A stretch of DNA of 64,000 nt from an uncultured Armatimonadetes bacterium. Lineage in GTDB: Bacteria; Armatimonadota; UBA5829; DTJY01. The stretch spans positions 64,001-128,000 of the forward strand of contig OY970325.1 of assembly GCA_963717145.1 (NCBI GenBank). Reading direction: 5' to 3'. Below are positions 63,910-64,000 of the stretch, piece after piece; position 1 is the stretch's first letter; each line of letters opens with the position of its first letter. The notes beneath the pieces are model-generated. The model saw nothing but the letters and a program-made list of their open reading frames with translations. It had not been told where the DNA came from and ran no database searches. Both the position numbers and the translations under genes were made by a program.

Positions 63910-64000
63910 CTCCCGATCCTCCTGATCTGTTCTGCGATGCATGTTAGAGGTGCAAGGCGGAAAAGTCAAGAGAGATCAGCGGGGAAATGGTTGATGGTTC

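Overview
The window appears to be two unrelated genomic segments joined at about 33.05-33.1 kb. Many CDSs carry single-base frameshifts, most likely long-read or assembly errors. LEFT (1-33.0 kb) looks Verrucomicrobiota-like (VPDGG-type CTERM protein, few Shine-Dalgarno motifs). It holds a 10-kb signalling operon: cheB/cheR-PAS fusion, two PAS kinases, kaiC-kaiB-kaiB, a third PAS kinase and a NarL-family regulator. Around it lie three B12-radical SAM genes, a fatty acid desaturase, a GT4-GH130 pair, DUF4197 and small proteins. Nine copies of a palindrome (ATGGGGT-N4-ACCCCAT or GTAGGGT-N3-ACCCCAT) each sit 22-23 nt upstream of a -10-like hexamer. This suggests an autoregulated, Kai-linked stress regulon, the top candidate for an undescribed system. 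RIGHT (33.1-64 kb) looks Armatimonadota-like (strong SD motifs, VPEP-CTERM genes). It holds three PEP-CTERM genes, a glycosyltransferase with an in-frame 113-bp palindrome, an ABC-ATPase plus small nuclease-like pair, GH39 and a candidate sRNA. It also holds hydE/hydG split by hicBA, and a Rex-boxed [FeFe]-hydrogenase operon with two different HydB/HydC diaphorase modules (bifurcating-type and non-bifurcating-type signatures) for one HydA. fur-feoAB and several REP-like palindromes follow. No tRNA, rRNA, CRISPR array or transposase was recognised.
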